Shown: positions 10,837 through 20,091 of the stretch, piece by piece
How the letters are laid out: every line of letters begins with the position of its first letter
Numbering within the stretch: position 1 is the first letter of the stretch
Made by a program: the position numbers and the translations under genes
The notes under the pieces: model-generated
What the model was told of the DNA's origin: nothing
Database searches by the model: none
The model's input: only the letters and a program-made list of their open reading frames with translations
Assembly: GCA_965225995.1 (NCBI GenBank)
Contig: CBDDCF010000026.1
Coordinates: 106,172 to 170,171, forward strand
DNA: 64,000 bases
Source of the DNA: Acidobacteriota bacterium
Lineage (GTDB): Bacteria; Acidobacteriota; UBA6911; RPQK01; CBDDCF01
Direction of reading: 5' to 3'

Positions 10837-11821
10837 CGGGGTCCTCGCCTTCGGGCCGGGCCAAGGGTCCCGGATTCTCCTTTTTGAGGGCGCGGATCGC
10901 AGCCACCATGGCATCCCGCCATTCTGCACATTCGGAGGGTGGCGCCCCATGGACCATGTGATCGGTGCCTTCACCCAGTTTGGAGACCAGGTCAGCTGGG
11001 ATGCGAGAGGTCAGATCGAGATCGCGGGAGAGTTCTTCATAGGCTCTTCCGAACTTCGTGAAGTAGCCTCGGACCCCCTCGTCATCGTTGGTATTGGCGA
11101 CGCCAAACGGGCCGAACAGTGCCCAGCGCAGCCCCAATCCGTCTCGGATCACGGCATCGACCGCATCGACGTCGGCTACTCCACAACGGACCAGGTTGAT
11201 GGCCTCTCGGACCAGGGCCGCCTGCATGCGATTTAGTAGGAAACCGGGGAGGAAGAAGTTCAAAAGCACCGGAGTCTGTCCGATACTCCTCAGGAAGGCC
11301 ATGGTTTCGTCGACTACCTTACGATCTGTCTTCTCCCCTCCCAGCACTTCGACCACTGGAATCAGATGGGGAGGATTCACCGGGTGGGCCACGATACAAC
11401 GCTCCGGAGTCTCGAGTTCTGCAGCGATTGCGCTCATGTCCAGGGCCGAGGTACTACTGGCCAAGATCGTGTCGGGTTGGCTCACCTCTTCAAGTGAAGC
11501 GTAGATCTTGCGTTTGGCAGACAGATCTTCAGGGCCACTCTCCTGCACGTAGGCCGCCAGCTCCACTGCTTCGTCCAGGTTGTGGCAAATCGCGAGCAAC
11601 TCGTGTTAATGTTGCACGTCTTGCGGTGTTAGCAGGTGTTGTTCGAGGCCCCTTTGCTGGCCAGATTGAATCCACTCAAGAGCTTTCTTGATTTGAGACG
11701 GGGAGGGATCGAAAAGAAAAGTCCTGAGTCCAGCCTGAAGAAAGAGCCTGGCCCAGCTCCTCCCGATGACACCGGCTCCTACGACGGCACAGCTTTTGAC
11801 TCGCTCTGGCCCCTGATTCAC
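10829..11821 (-). pseudogene. L-carnitine dehydrogenase-like 3-hydroxyacyl-CoA dehydrogenase with an in-frame TAA (11606-11608)
   Basis: ORFs 11606..11821 (N-terminus, KSCAVVGAGVIGRSWA Rossmann motif) and 10829..11599 (3HCDH C-domain) are in the same frame. The TAA falls in ...TPQDVQH*HELLAICHNLDEAVELAAYV, inside the conserved core. Confidence 0.65.
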
Positions 11822-12043
11822 GTTTCTCCTCAGATCCTAACCCCGCTGGCAACGGCACCCATCACTCGGACAGTTTTCTAACCCCATCATTCACGCGCCA
11901 CGAGGGCGAAAGCAAGTGCTCAGGCGCACCCCCACCCTGGGGGAGACAGCGCCCCTAATATAAGTAACGTTCGAGATGGGCGGTGAGCGAAAAATGGCTT
12001 TCAACGCGAGCTCAAAACCCTCAGATAATACCCAGACTTTGGT

Positions 12044-13168
12044 CTAGTTCCTTTTGCGAAACAGTTCCGCGATGTCAGCCGCCGGGAGTGGGGCTCCGTT
12101 GCTGAGATTCACGATCATCGCGACTACTACTCCCTCCTCGGGCCACAGCATGAGGGCCGTCCTGCCTCCTACCGAACCACCTCCATGGCGGACGACGTGC
12201 CGGTCCTGGTCATCCTGGCCCATCCTCCAACCGATGCCATATCCGGTCTCCTTGCCGTCTGCCGTCTTCTGGGAAGTATGCAGCAGCTCGAGGGTTTCTG
12301 CCTTGAGAAAACCGGGCTCCAGATGGGCAGAGCCGAATCGGACCAGATCTTCAGCGGTCGAGACGAATCCCCCTCCTGCCCACTTGTAGCTGTTGTCGAC
12401 ATAGGGGGCATTCTCGAAGTGCCCATCGCTATTGAGCAGATAGGGACGAACACGATCCGGAACGATGAGCCGGTTCTGATCGGCCTCGGTACTGCGCATG
12501 CCGAGTGCTCCAAAGACTCTTTCTTCCATTTGCTTGAGGAAGCCCTGCCCGCTCGCTCCTTCGATCACAGCGCTAATCAAATTCCAGCCATAACTGGAAT
12601 AAGAATAATCCGTTCCCGGCTCGAATAAGAGCGCATCCTGTTTGAAGATCTCGAGTCCTTCAACTACCGTGGCATAGTGTTTGGCACTCAGGAACTCTGC
12701 CCCCCGGTAGTGTCTGATGCCTGCTAAGTGCCCTCCCAACTGGCGGGTCGTGATCGGATACTTTTTCACGGGGAAGTTGGGGACATAGCGCTGCACCGGA
12801 GCGTCCAGATCGATTTGACCCTCTTCGAAGACCAGGGCCAGCAAAGCCGCCGTCATCGGCTTGGCCACGCTGCCTACTCGAAACCGGGACCAGGGTCTTA
12901 CGGGGACCCGCTGTTCCAGATCTGCCCAACCAAAACCTTCTGCCCACACAATCCGACCATCGATCCCGACGGCTACCGAGAGTCCCGGGAAGAGGTCCAT
13001 CTGGTTGTGCAGCAATCGTCGGGCTGCTCCGATAGCTTCGCCATGCTCGGAATCGATCGCCTCGGCGTTACGTGGGGCACTGTGTGTGACCAGGCTCTGG
13101 CCGAAACAGGACGCCAAGAGTAGAGTAGAGGTCAGGGTGAATAGGGAGATACTTTTCTGGATTCTCAT
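12044..13168 (-). CDS. beta-lactamase-related serine hydrolase (class C/PBP-like) lipoprotein
   Basis: Probable start at ATG 13168 (MRIQKS...LLLASC lipobox). SxxK active-site motif FRVGSVAKPMT. The ORF extends upstream to 13480 but lacks a signal peptide there. Confidence 0.7.
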   Translation of the reverse strand: MRIQKSISLFTLTSTLLLASCFGQSLVTHSAPRNAEAIDSEHGEAIGAARRLLHNQMDLFPGLSVAVGIDGRIVWAEGFGWADLEQRVPVRPWSRFRVGSVAKPMTAALLALVFEEGQIDLDAPVQRYVPNFPVKKYPITTRQLGGHLAGIRHYRGAEFLSAKHYATVVEGLEIFKQDALLFEPGTDYSYSSYGWNLISAVIEGASGQGFLKQMEERVFGALGMRSTEADQNRLIVPDRVRPYLLNSDGHFENAPYVDNSYKWAGGGFVSTAEDLVRFGSAHLEPGFLKAETLELLHTSQKTADGKETGYGIGWRMGQDDQDRHVVRHGGGSVGGRTALMLWPEEGVVVAMIVNLSNGAPLPAADIAELFRKRN

Positions 13169-13607
13169 GGAGCACACTCCTTGGGACTGAGGACCACTCT
13201 CCAGTCGTCTTGAACGAGTTTGGATAAGGGAATGGTAGCTCATGAGGCAAGAAGCTGAAACTTGATTTGGGCTACCGCGCCTCAGGCGCCTTGGAGTGCG
13301 CGGCGAAGCGACGCCCTTGGCATAGGTTGAACTGCACTTGGCACCAGTCTTCACCAAGTTTCTTGCATGAATGATCCGGCGCGGCCGGAGGCGGAACTCA
13401 ACCTCTGATTTCGGATTACAGGCAGTCAGCCTGCATCTGGAAATTGGCGAACGGTACTCTGGCGGCCCCATTGAGTCCAATCTGCCGGGCGATATCCAGA
13501 CACGCGCATTTCACGATACCAACTCGACGGATCGGGAACTGGGTTTCCTGCTCGTCGATTCGATGCCTCCACTGTCCTTAGCGCCCAGCCATATGTGGAT
13601 CTACATA

Positions 13608-13630
13608 TGGATAACTATCCATGCTATAAT
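13608..13630 (+). promoter_or_regulatory. palindromic operator TGGATAACTATCCA overlapping the -10 box TATAAT upstream of the TA operon
   Basis: Perfect 6-2-6 inverted repeat at 13608-13621, followed by TATAAT at 13625-13630 in an AT-rich island about 25 nt before the antitoxin start. Confidence 0.45.
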
Positions 13631-13654
13631 AAATAAACTCATAGTTACTCGAGT

Positions 13655-13900
13655 GTGGGAGCCAAGAAATTGAAGACCATCCAGATGACCCTTGACGATG
13701 AGTTGGTGGAAGAGGTTGACGGAGTTGTGAAGCGCTTAGGCACGACCCGGTCGGCTTTCACCCGAAAAGCTCTACGACGCGCACTCCTGGAGATTCAACT
13801 CGAAGCTCTCGAGGCAATGCAGCGCCGTGGTTATGAGAAACATCCAGTTATTCCAGGCGAATTCGACGACTGGGAGTTGGAACAGGTGTGGCCGGATTGA
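13655..13900 (+). CDS. ribbon-helix-helix (CopG/MazE-like) antitoxin
   Basis: 81 aa. RHH-type N-terminus (KTIQMTLDDELVEEVDGVVKRLGTTRSAFTRKALRR). Overlaps the start of the toxin gene. Confidence 0.7.
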   Translation: MGAKKLKTIQMTLDDELVEEVDGVVKRLGTTRSAFTRKALRRALLEIQLEALEAMQRRGYEKHPVIPGEFDDWELEQVWPD

Positions 13901-14208
13901 GACGTGGAGAAGTGCGCTGGTACCGGTTCCGCCGACCAGACAAGAGGCGCCCTGTAGTCATCCTGACCCGTTCATCCGCTCTCGAGTTTCTCGGTCAGGT
14001 AACGGTTGCGCCGATCACGTCAACGATCCGCGATATCCCATCTGAAGTAGTGCTCTCCAAGCAAGACGGCATGGCGCTTGATTGTGCCGTCAATCTGGAC
14101 CACGTTCAAACGGTGTCCAGGGGAAAGATCGGAGCCGTGTTAGCTACACTTTCTCGAGAGCGCATGGATCAAGTGCGCGACGCGATTCAGTTTTCGCTGG
14201 ACCTCTAA
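13888..14208 (+). CDS. MazF/PemK-family mRNA interferase toxin
   Basis: 106 aa. GEVRWYRF...RPVVILTRS...VTVAPITSTIRD...DCAVNLDHVQTVSRGKI is the classic PemK/MazF fold. GTG start overlaps the antitoxin by 13 nt. Confidence 0.8.
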   Translation: MAGLRRGEVRWYRFRRPDKRRPVVILTRSSALEFLGQVTVAPITSTIRDIPSEVVLSKQDGMALDCAVNLDHVQTVSRGKIGAVLATLSRERMDQVRDAIQFSLDL

Positions 14209-14344
14209 CCAAATATTGTGGGTGTTGTCGACTGCAGAGCCGGCATCATCCGCGCTGCCTGGCCGCCACTAAGCTCGGAAAAAAGAGCCAGGTCCTTTCA
14301 CCCTCCGGATCCGTCCCGTATGGATCTGTCGTAGACTAGGCATC

Positions 14345-17194
14345 ATGCAGGAGAATTCTGCACCCCGCAGAAACCGGGCTTCGGTACAGCACCGGAAGAA
14401 GTATGTCCCGGCCGTCGGTCCCCGGCTGCGAAAGCTCCTGTTTCTGTTATTCGGCCTTTTTGCCCTGCTCAGTGTCAACGCCGTCTATTTGGTGAGCATC
14501 TCGATGCTTGAGTGGACAAGTGGGGAGGTCTATCAGAATTGGTTCTACTTGATCATGTTCCTGGTCCACTTGATCCTGGGAACGCTGATCATTATTCCGG
14601 TCTTGGCCTTCGGCATGGGGCACCTGTACAACGCCTACAATCGGAGCAATCGGAGAGCAGTCTACGCCGGCTCTGGCCTCTTCCTCACGGCCCTGATCCT
14701 GCTCGCCAGTGGCATCCTTCTGACCCGAGTAGAGATCTCGGGCTTCACCCTCGGATTGATCCAACCTGCTTGGAGATCGATCACGTACTGGCTCCATGTC
14801 ATCACCCCTCTTCTGACCATCTGGCTCTTCGTATTGCACCGGCTGGCTGGCCGCCGAATTCGTTGGAAAGTGGGCGGGATCTGGGGAGCTTTGGCAGCCG
14901 GCTTTGCCCTCTTCATGCTGGTCTTGCAGAGCCAGGATCCGCGGGCTTGGAATGTGGTCGGAAATCCCAAAGGGGACCAGTACTTCCAACCCTCACTGGC
15001 GCGGACCGTGAGCGGAGCCTTCATCTCGGGTCGGGTTCTCGACAACAACGAGTACTGTCAGGAGTGTCATCAAGATGTGCACCAGAGCTGGCAATATAGT
15101 GCGCACCGCTTTGCCTCATTCAACAATCCTGCCTACCTGGCTGCGGTTCGCGAGACTCGCAAAGTGGCCTTTGAGCGAGATGGTTCTGTCCAGGCTTCTC
15201 GATTCTGCGCCGGCTGCCATGATCCGGTTCCTTTTTTCAGTGGGGAGTTCGATCAGGAGAGGTTTGACGATCCGGGTTTCGACCTGGCCAGCGACAAGTC
15301 AGCTAATGCCGGAATCACGTGTACGGTTTGCCACAGCATCAGCCATGTGAATTCACCGCGGGGCAACGCCGACTACACTCTCGACGAACCGACTCATTAT
15401 CCGTTTGCGACCAGCCAAAACCCTACCCTGGCCTGGATCAACCGTCAGCTCGTCAAGGCCAAACCGGAATTTCATAAAAAGACCTTTCTCAAGCCTTTGC
15501 ACCGCTCAGCTGAGTTTTGTGGGACCTGCCACAAGGTGCACTTGCCGCGGGAATTAAACCACTACAAATGGCTGCGCGGCCAAAATCATTACGACTCTTT
15601 CTGGCTGAGCGGCGTGTCTGGTTATGGTGTGGCGAGTTTCTATTATCCAAAGAAAGCGGAGCCCAACTGTAATAACTGCCATATGCCGCTTCGAGAATCG
15701 CGGGAATTCGGAGCGCAGGATTTTGACGAAAGCGGACACCGCTCAATTCACGACCACCAGTTTCCCTCTGCCAACACCGCTCTTCCTTCGCTTCTGGGAA
15801 TGCCGACCTGGGTCAATCAAGCCCACCTCGATTTCCTGCAAGAGGTGATGAGAGTCGACTTGTTCGGCATACGCAAAGCCGGCCGCATCGATGGAGAGCT
15901 GTTCGCTCCGTTGCGCCCAGTCCTGCCGGATCTGCGAGCCGGCCAAACCTATCTGCTCGAGACCGTGATTCGTACGCTCAAGATGGGGCATCTCTTTACC
16001 GAGGGAACCGCAGACTCCAACGAAGTCTGGCTCGAAATCACAGCCGATCTGAACGGACAGACGATCGGGCTGAGCGGGGGAGTTCAACCTGACGGGGCGG
16101 TCGATCCCTGGGCACATCGGGTCAATTCGTACGTGCTCGACCGCGACGGCAACCGGATCGACCGGCGCAATGCTCAAGACATCTTCGTAGCGCTCTATAA
16201 CAATCAGATCCCGCCGGGAGCGGCCGATGTCGTCCACTATGCCCTCACCGTACCGCCAGGGGCTCGGGGTCGGCTCACGGTCGAAGCTCGCTTGCTCTAC
16301 CGGAAGTTCGACACTCCCTTCGTTCGCTTTTTTCAAGGGGCAGAGTTCCAGGGCAATTCTCTTCCGGTCATTCAATTGGCGACTGACGCGGTCACCTTTA
16401 CACTCGGGCAGGAATCAGGGAATCCCCTACTAGAAGATGGATTTCCTGAATGGCAGCGCTGGAACGATTACGGAATCGGTCTACTCCGGCGCGGGCAGCT
16501 GCGGCAGTCCGAGGCTGCTTTCTCCCAGGTCGAACGCCTGGGGCAGCCGGACGGCCCTCTCAACCGAGCCCGGGTTTACCTCGAAGAGGGACTTGTGAGA
16601 GACCTTGCTCCCAAAGCGCTGCAGCGGGCACGCGAATTCCAGACACCGGCACCGTCTCCCTGGACCTTGCTCTGGCTCTCGGGCCGGGTCCAGCATCAAA
16701 ACGGGCAATATGATCAGGCCATCTCTAATTTTCAGACGCTCCTGGCCGGGGGGTTTCCTCAGGCAGCTGGCAGAAATTTCGATTTCTCGCGTGATTACCG
16801 GCTGCAAGATCAATTGGCCCAGTCCCTTTTTCAGCGAGCGCTTCAAGAAAGGGGAAGCCGGCGCGAGGAGGCTCGTCAAGACTTTCTCAGGCGAGCCAAG
16901 GAGCATTTCCAGGCGGCGTTGCACCTGGATCCGGAAAATCTGGAAGCGCACTGGGGTCTGAAGCAGATCTACGATCTACTGGATGACCCGGAACAAGAGG
17001 CCGTGCATGCCCGTCTGCATGCCAAATACAAGCCTGACGACAATGCCCGTGATCAGGCCTTTGCGGTGGCCCACCGCAACGATCCGGCTGCCAGCCATGC
17101 CGCCCAACAGATCGTGATCTATGATCTTCACCGAACAGGTGCGCCCCGCGGTCGGGTGCAAGTCCTCGAGAAGCGAGAGGTGGCAGCGCAATGA
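14345..17194 (+). CDS. membrane-anchored pentaheme c-type cytochrome with C-terminal TPR repeats
   Basis: 949 aa. 4-5 N-terminal TM helices. Five CxxCH motifs (CQECH, CAGCH, CTVCH, CGTCH, CNNCH). The C-terminal third is TPR-like. Its stop overlaps the next start (ATGA). Confidence 0.7.
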   Translation: MQENSAPRRNRASVQHRKKYVPAVGPRLRKLLFLLFGLFALLSVNAVYLVSISMLEWTSGEVYQNWFYLIMFLVHLILGTLIIIPVLAFGMGHLYNAYNRSNRRAVYAGSGLFLTALILLASGILLTRVEISGFTLGLIQPAWRSITYWLHVITPLLTIWLFVLHRLAGRRIRWKVGGIWGALAAGFALFMLVLQSQDPRAWNVVGNPKGDQYFQPSLARTVSGAFISGRVLDNNEYCQECHQDVHQSWQYSAHRFASFNNPAYLAAVRETRKVAFERDGSVQASRFCAGCHDPVPFFSGEFDQERFDDPGFDLASDKSANAGITCTVCHSISHVNSPRGNADYTLDEPTHYPFATSQNPTLAWINRQLVKAKPEFHKKTFLKPLHRSAEFCGTCHKVHLPRELNHYKWLRGQNHYDSFWLSGVSGYGVASFYYPKKAEPNCNNCHMPLRESREFGAQDFDESGHRSIHDHQFPSANTALPSLLGMPTWVNQAHLDFLQEVMRVDLFGIRKAGRIDGELFAPLRPVLPDLRAGQTYLLETVIRTLKMGHLFTEGTADSNEVWLEITADLNGQTIGLSGGVQPDGAVDPWAHRVNSYVLDRDGNRIDRRNAQDIFVALYNNQIPPGAADVVHYALTVPPGARGRLTVEARLLYRKFDTPFVRFFQGAEFQGNSLPVIQLATDAVTFTLGQESGNPLLEDGFPEWQRWNDYGIGLLRRGQLRQSEAAFSQVERLGQPDGPLNRARVYLEEGLVRDLAPKALQRAREFQTPAPSPWTLLWLSGRVQHQNGQYDQAISNFQTLLAGGFPQAAGRNFDFSRDYRLQDQLAQSLFQRALQERGSRREEARQDFLRRAKEHFQAALHLDPENLEAHWGLKQIYDLLDDPEQEAVHARLHAKYKPDDNARDQAFAVAHRNDPAASHAAQQIVIYDLHRTGAPRGRVQVLEKREVAAQ

Positions 17195-19056
17195 CGTCCC
17201 CTCCCGAACGAGATCCCCACCAGGACAGGCGGGAGGAAGAGGAGTGGGTTCCCGAAGACGACTCTGTCATCGGGACAGCTTTCCGATGGTCCCTCCTCGT
17301 TATTGCTGTCATTCTAGCCGGAGTGCTCATCGCCGTCTATGCGTTCCGAGACCGATCCGAGCCCGAGAGCATCCGCACCGATCTTCAGCCCGAAGTGCCC
17401 CAGACCGCGGAAAGTCTGGCCGTCCTGCCGACTGTAACCTTCTCCGATGTGACGCAGGAGGTCGGCATCAACTTTGTCCACAACAGTGGAGCGGTGGGTG
17501 AGAAACTGCTGCCGGAGACGATGGGGAGTGGAGCGGCTTTTTTTGACTACGACAACGATCAGGACCCTGACCTGCTTCTCGTCAATGCCCAGGACTGGCC
17601 TCATTCCGCTGGCGAAAACGAGTCCACTATGGCCCTCTATCAAAACAATGGATCGGGTCGCTTCCGCGATGTGACTCGGGAAGCCGGTCTGGCGCACGTT
17701 TTCTATGGAGTCGGAGTAGCGGTCGGAGACTACGACAACGATGGGTGGCTTGATGTTTTCCTGACTGCTCTCGGTGAGAATCACCTGTTTCGCAATCGGC
17801 AAGGTCGCTTTCAGGAGGTGACCACCCAGGCCGGGATCGGCGGCCGCCAAGACGATTGGAGCACTAGCGCCGGCTTCTTCGACGCCGATCGCGATGGAGA
17901 TCTCGATCTATTCGTGTGTAACTATGTCCGCTGGTCGCGCGAAGTGGATCTGGAGGTGAACTTCACTCTCAACGGACGCGATCGGGCCTATGGTCCTCCC
18001 ACCAACTTCACCGGGACTTATCCCTATTTCTACCAGAACAATGGCGATGGAACCTTCCGCGACGTCTCGCGCGAAGCCGGAGTTCAGATCAACAACCCGG
18101 CCACCGGAAAGCCCATGGCCAAAGCTCTGGCCCTGATTCCGGTGGACCTCGATCGAGACGGATTCATGGATGTGCTGGTGGCCAACGATACAGTACAGAA
18201 TTTCCTTTTCCACAATCTTGGGGACGGGACTTTTGAGGAAGTAGGAATCTTTTCCGGGATCGGCTTCGACAGCCATGGAAGCGCTACCGGAGCGATGGGA
18301 ATGGATGCCGGATACTTCCGGAATTCTGAAGCCCTCGGTATCGGGATCAGCAACTTCGCAAATGAAATGACCTCGCTGCTGGTATCGGATCAGGATGCTC
18401 TCCAGTTCAACGATGAGGCTCCCAGCGAAGGGATTGGCTCTGCCAGTCGGCTCAAGCTTAGCTTCGGTCTCTTTTTCTTTGACTACGACCTGGACGGGCG
18501 ACTCGATTTGTTTCAGGCCAATGGTCACTTGGACGAGGAGATCAATCAGGTTCAGGCCAGCCAGTATTACGAACAGGCTCCTCAGCTGTTCTGGAATGTG
18601 GGAGATGATGGCCTGGCGACCTATGAAGAGGTGCCAGACGTGACACTAGGAGATCTGGGCAGCCCCCTGGTAGGGCGAGGTGCGACTTACGCCGATATTG
18701 ACTCCGACGGAGACCTGGATATTCTGATCACCCAGACGGGTCGGGCCGCACGGCTGTTTCGAAATGATCAGAACCAGAATCACTATTGGCTACGAGTTCT
18801 GCTTCAGTCCAGAGGCGGCAATCGAAACTCCATCGGGGCCTGGATCGAACTAGAAGCTGGTGGGGTCACGCAGCGCCGCCAGGTGATGCCGACTCGCTCC
18901 TATTTGTCGCAGGTTGAGTTGCCGGTCACCTTTGGGCTGGGGAGCCACTCCCAGTATGACGCTCTTCGCATCGAGTGGCCGGACGGTATTCGGCAAGAGG
19001 TCAGCCCACTGCCGGAGCCGAATCAGACCATCACTATCGAGCAGCCGGGATCTTGA
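17191..19056 (+). CDS. CRTAC1-family protein (FG-GAP/VCBS-like repeats + ASPIC/UnbV domain)
   Basis: 621 aa. N-terminal TM anchor. Repeated FFDYDNDGDPDLLLVN / GDYDNDGWLDVFLT / FFDADRDGDLDLFVCN calcium-binding-like repeats. C-terminal RSYLSQVELPVTFGLG (UnbV_ASPIC). Confidence 0.8.
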   Translation: MTSPPERDPHQDRREEEEWVPEDDSVIGTAFRWSLLVIAVILAGVLIAVYAFRDRSEPESIRTDLQPEVPQTAESLAVLPTVTFSDVTQEVGINFVHNSGAVGEKLLPETMGSGAAFFDYDNDQDPDLLLVNAQDWPHSAGENESTMALYQNNGSGRFRDVTREAGLAHVFYGVGVAVGDYDNDGWLDVFLTALGENHLFRNRQGRFQEVTTQAGIGGRQDDWSTSAGFFDADRDGDLDLFVCNYVRWSREVDLEVNFTLNGRDRAYGPPTNFTGTYPYFYQNNGDGTFRDVSREAGVQINNPATGKPMAKALALIPVDLDRDGFMDVLVANDTVQNFLFHNLGDGTFEEVGIFSGIGFDSHGSATGAMGMDAGYFRNSEALGIGISNFANEMTSLLVSDQDALQFNDEAPSEGIGSASRLKLSFGLFFFDYDLDGRLDLFQANGHLDEEINQVQASQYYEQAPQLFWNVGDDGLATYEEVPDVTLGDLGSPLVGRGATYADIDSDGDLDILITQTGRAARLFRNDQNQNHYWLRVLLQSRGGNRNSIGAWIELEAGGVTQRRQVMPTRSYLSQVELPVTFGLGSHSQYDALRIEWPDGIRQEVSPLPEPNQTITIEQPGS

Positions 19057-19111
19057 ACCTCAAGTGACACAAGACCCATGTTCGCAACCGAACCCCAGGC
19101 GGTCGTAAGCA

Positions 19112-19400
19112 GGCTGGGCTAACCTGAAACTTGATCACCCTCTGACTTGAGTCTTGTCTGCTGCGCCTCCTCAGAGCCGATCCACGCTTTGTAGGAGTTA
19201 GATTTGCTGACGAACCCGGCTGTCCAGGCCGAATTCGGCACAGGGACCCCTCAAGCAGGGCATTGTACCCGCCCCCCCCCGAACCCTTCCTGCGCTCTGA
19301 GCACCGGTACTGTGCCCTGCTCAAAGCTCTCCTTCCAGGAGAGCGGAGTTCGCCAGCACATCTGGGCTCCTACAAAGCATGGCGTGCTTCCACGGCAGCG
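19112..19400. repeat. ~285-bp dispersed repeat element, copy A (MITE-like, inverted ends)
   Basis: Starts ggctgggctaacctgaaacttgat...ctgctgcgcctcctcagagccgatccacgctttgtaggag and ends ctcctacaaagcatggcgtgc...ggcagcgaagcagatc. The ends are inverted (ctgcttcgc/gcgaagcag; tttgtaggag/ctcctacaaa). Internal hairpin tctccttccaggaga. Homologous copies at 19620-19830 and 37128-37410. Confidence 0.7.
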
Positions 19401-19454
19401 AAGCAGATCAGAATCGAAGCGGGTCCCAGTTTCTTGCTTGAACGATGCGGCGCA

Positions 19455-19560
19455 GCCGGGGGATGGGCTAACCTGAAACTTGATTTATCGTGTCCAATCG
19501 GGACAGGAGCGTAACCCATTGATTTCGCAATCTTTTTAGTATCCCAGGGGGCGGCTCCTC
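19455..19560 (-). mobile_element. remnant of the 3' end of an IS110-family element
   Basis: The minus-strand translation KIAKSMGYAPVP matches the C-terminus of the intact IS110 transposase (KVAKSMGYALVP, 35474..36880). It is followed by the same gggctaacctgaaacttgattt end motif. Only about 100 nt is retained. Confidence 0.55.
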
Positions 19561-19619
19561 TACGCAAAGTAACGATCCTTGGATAAGTGCACTTCAGATC
19601 CAGTCATCCACCACTGTTG

Positions 19620-19830
19620 CCAAGTGCGCTTCGTAGGAGTCAGATGTGGGGGCGAACCCGGCCGTCCAGGCCGGACCTGCCACTGGGTTCCCACCGACCT
19701 TAAGAATTGGACGCCAGGCCCCCTGGACTCTCCTCCTCCAGCTCTCCTTCCAGGAGAGCGGAGTTCGTCAGCACATCTCACTCCTACAAAACAAGACCTG
19801 CACCGAAGGCAGCGAAGCAGCTCGGATGCG
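19620..19830. repeat. dispersed repeat element, copy B (5'-truncated)
   Basis: gtaggagtcagatgtggg...ctccttccaggagagcggagttcgtcagcacatct...ctcctacaaaacaag...ggcagcgaagcagctcgga. Homologous to copies A and C. Confidence 0.65.
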
Positions 19831-19867
19831 AGGTGAGTCCCGAGCGGTCGTTGCCAATTGAATTTCT

Positions 19868-19960
19868 ACGGCATTGCGCCGCAGGCGCCTTGGAGTGCGT
19901 CGAAAATCGACGCCTTGATCTCAAGGCGGAGTTCCACTCCGCACTCCAAGGCCTTCGGCA
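19868..19960. repeat. REP-like palindromic element pair (GGCGCCTTGGAGTGCG / CGCACTCCAAGGCC)
   Basis: ggcgccttggagtgcgtcgaaaatcgacgccttgatctcaaggcggagttccactccgcactccaaggcc forms a long imperfect palindrome. Confidence 0.55.
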
Positions 19961-20091
19961 AGTGGGTGCAGCTTGCTGCCCCTCTTGGCCATGCCAACGG
20001 AGGCCGAGTGTCCCTGGAATGAGAGAAACGACAAGCCTGAGAATTGGAACCCTGAACCCCTCGACCCCTCCTCTTCGCCGAGCCGCGGCTC

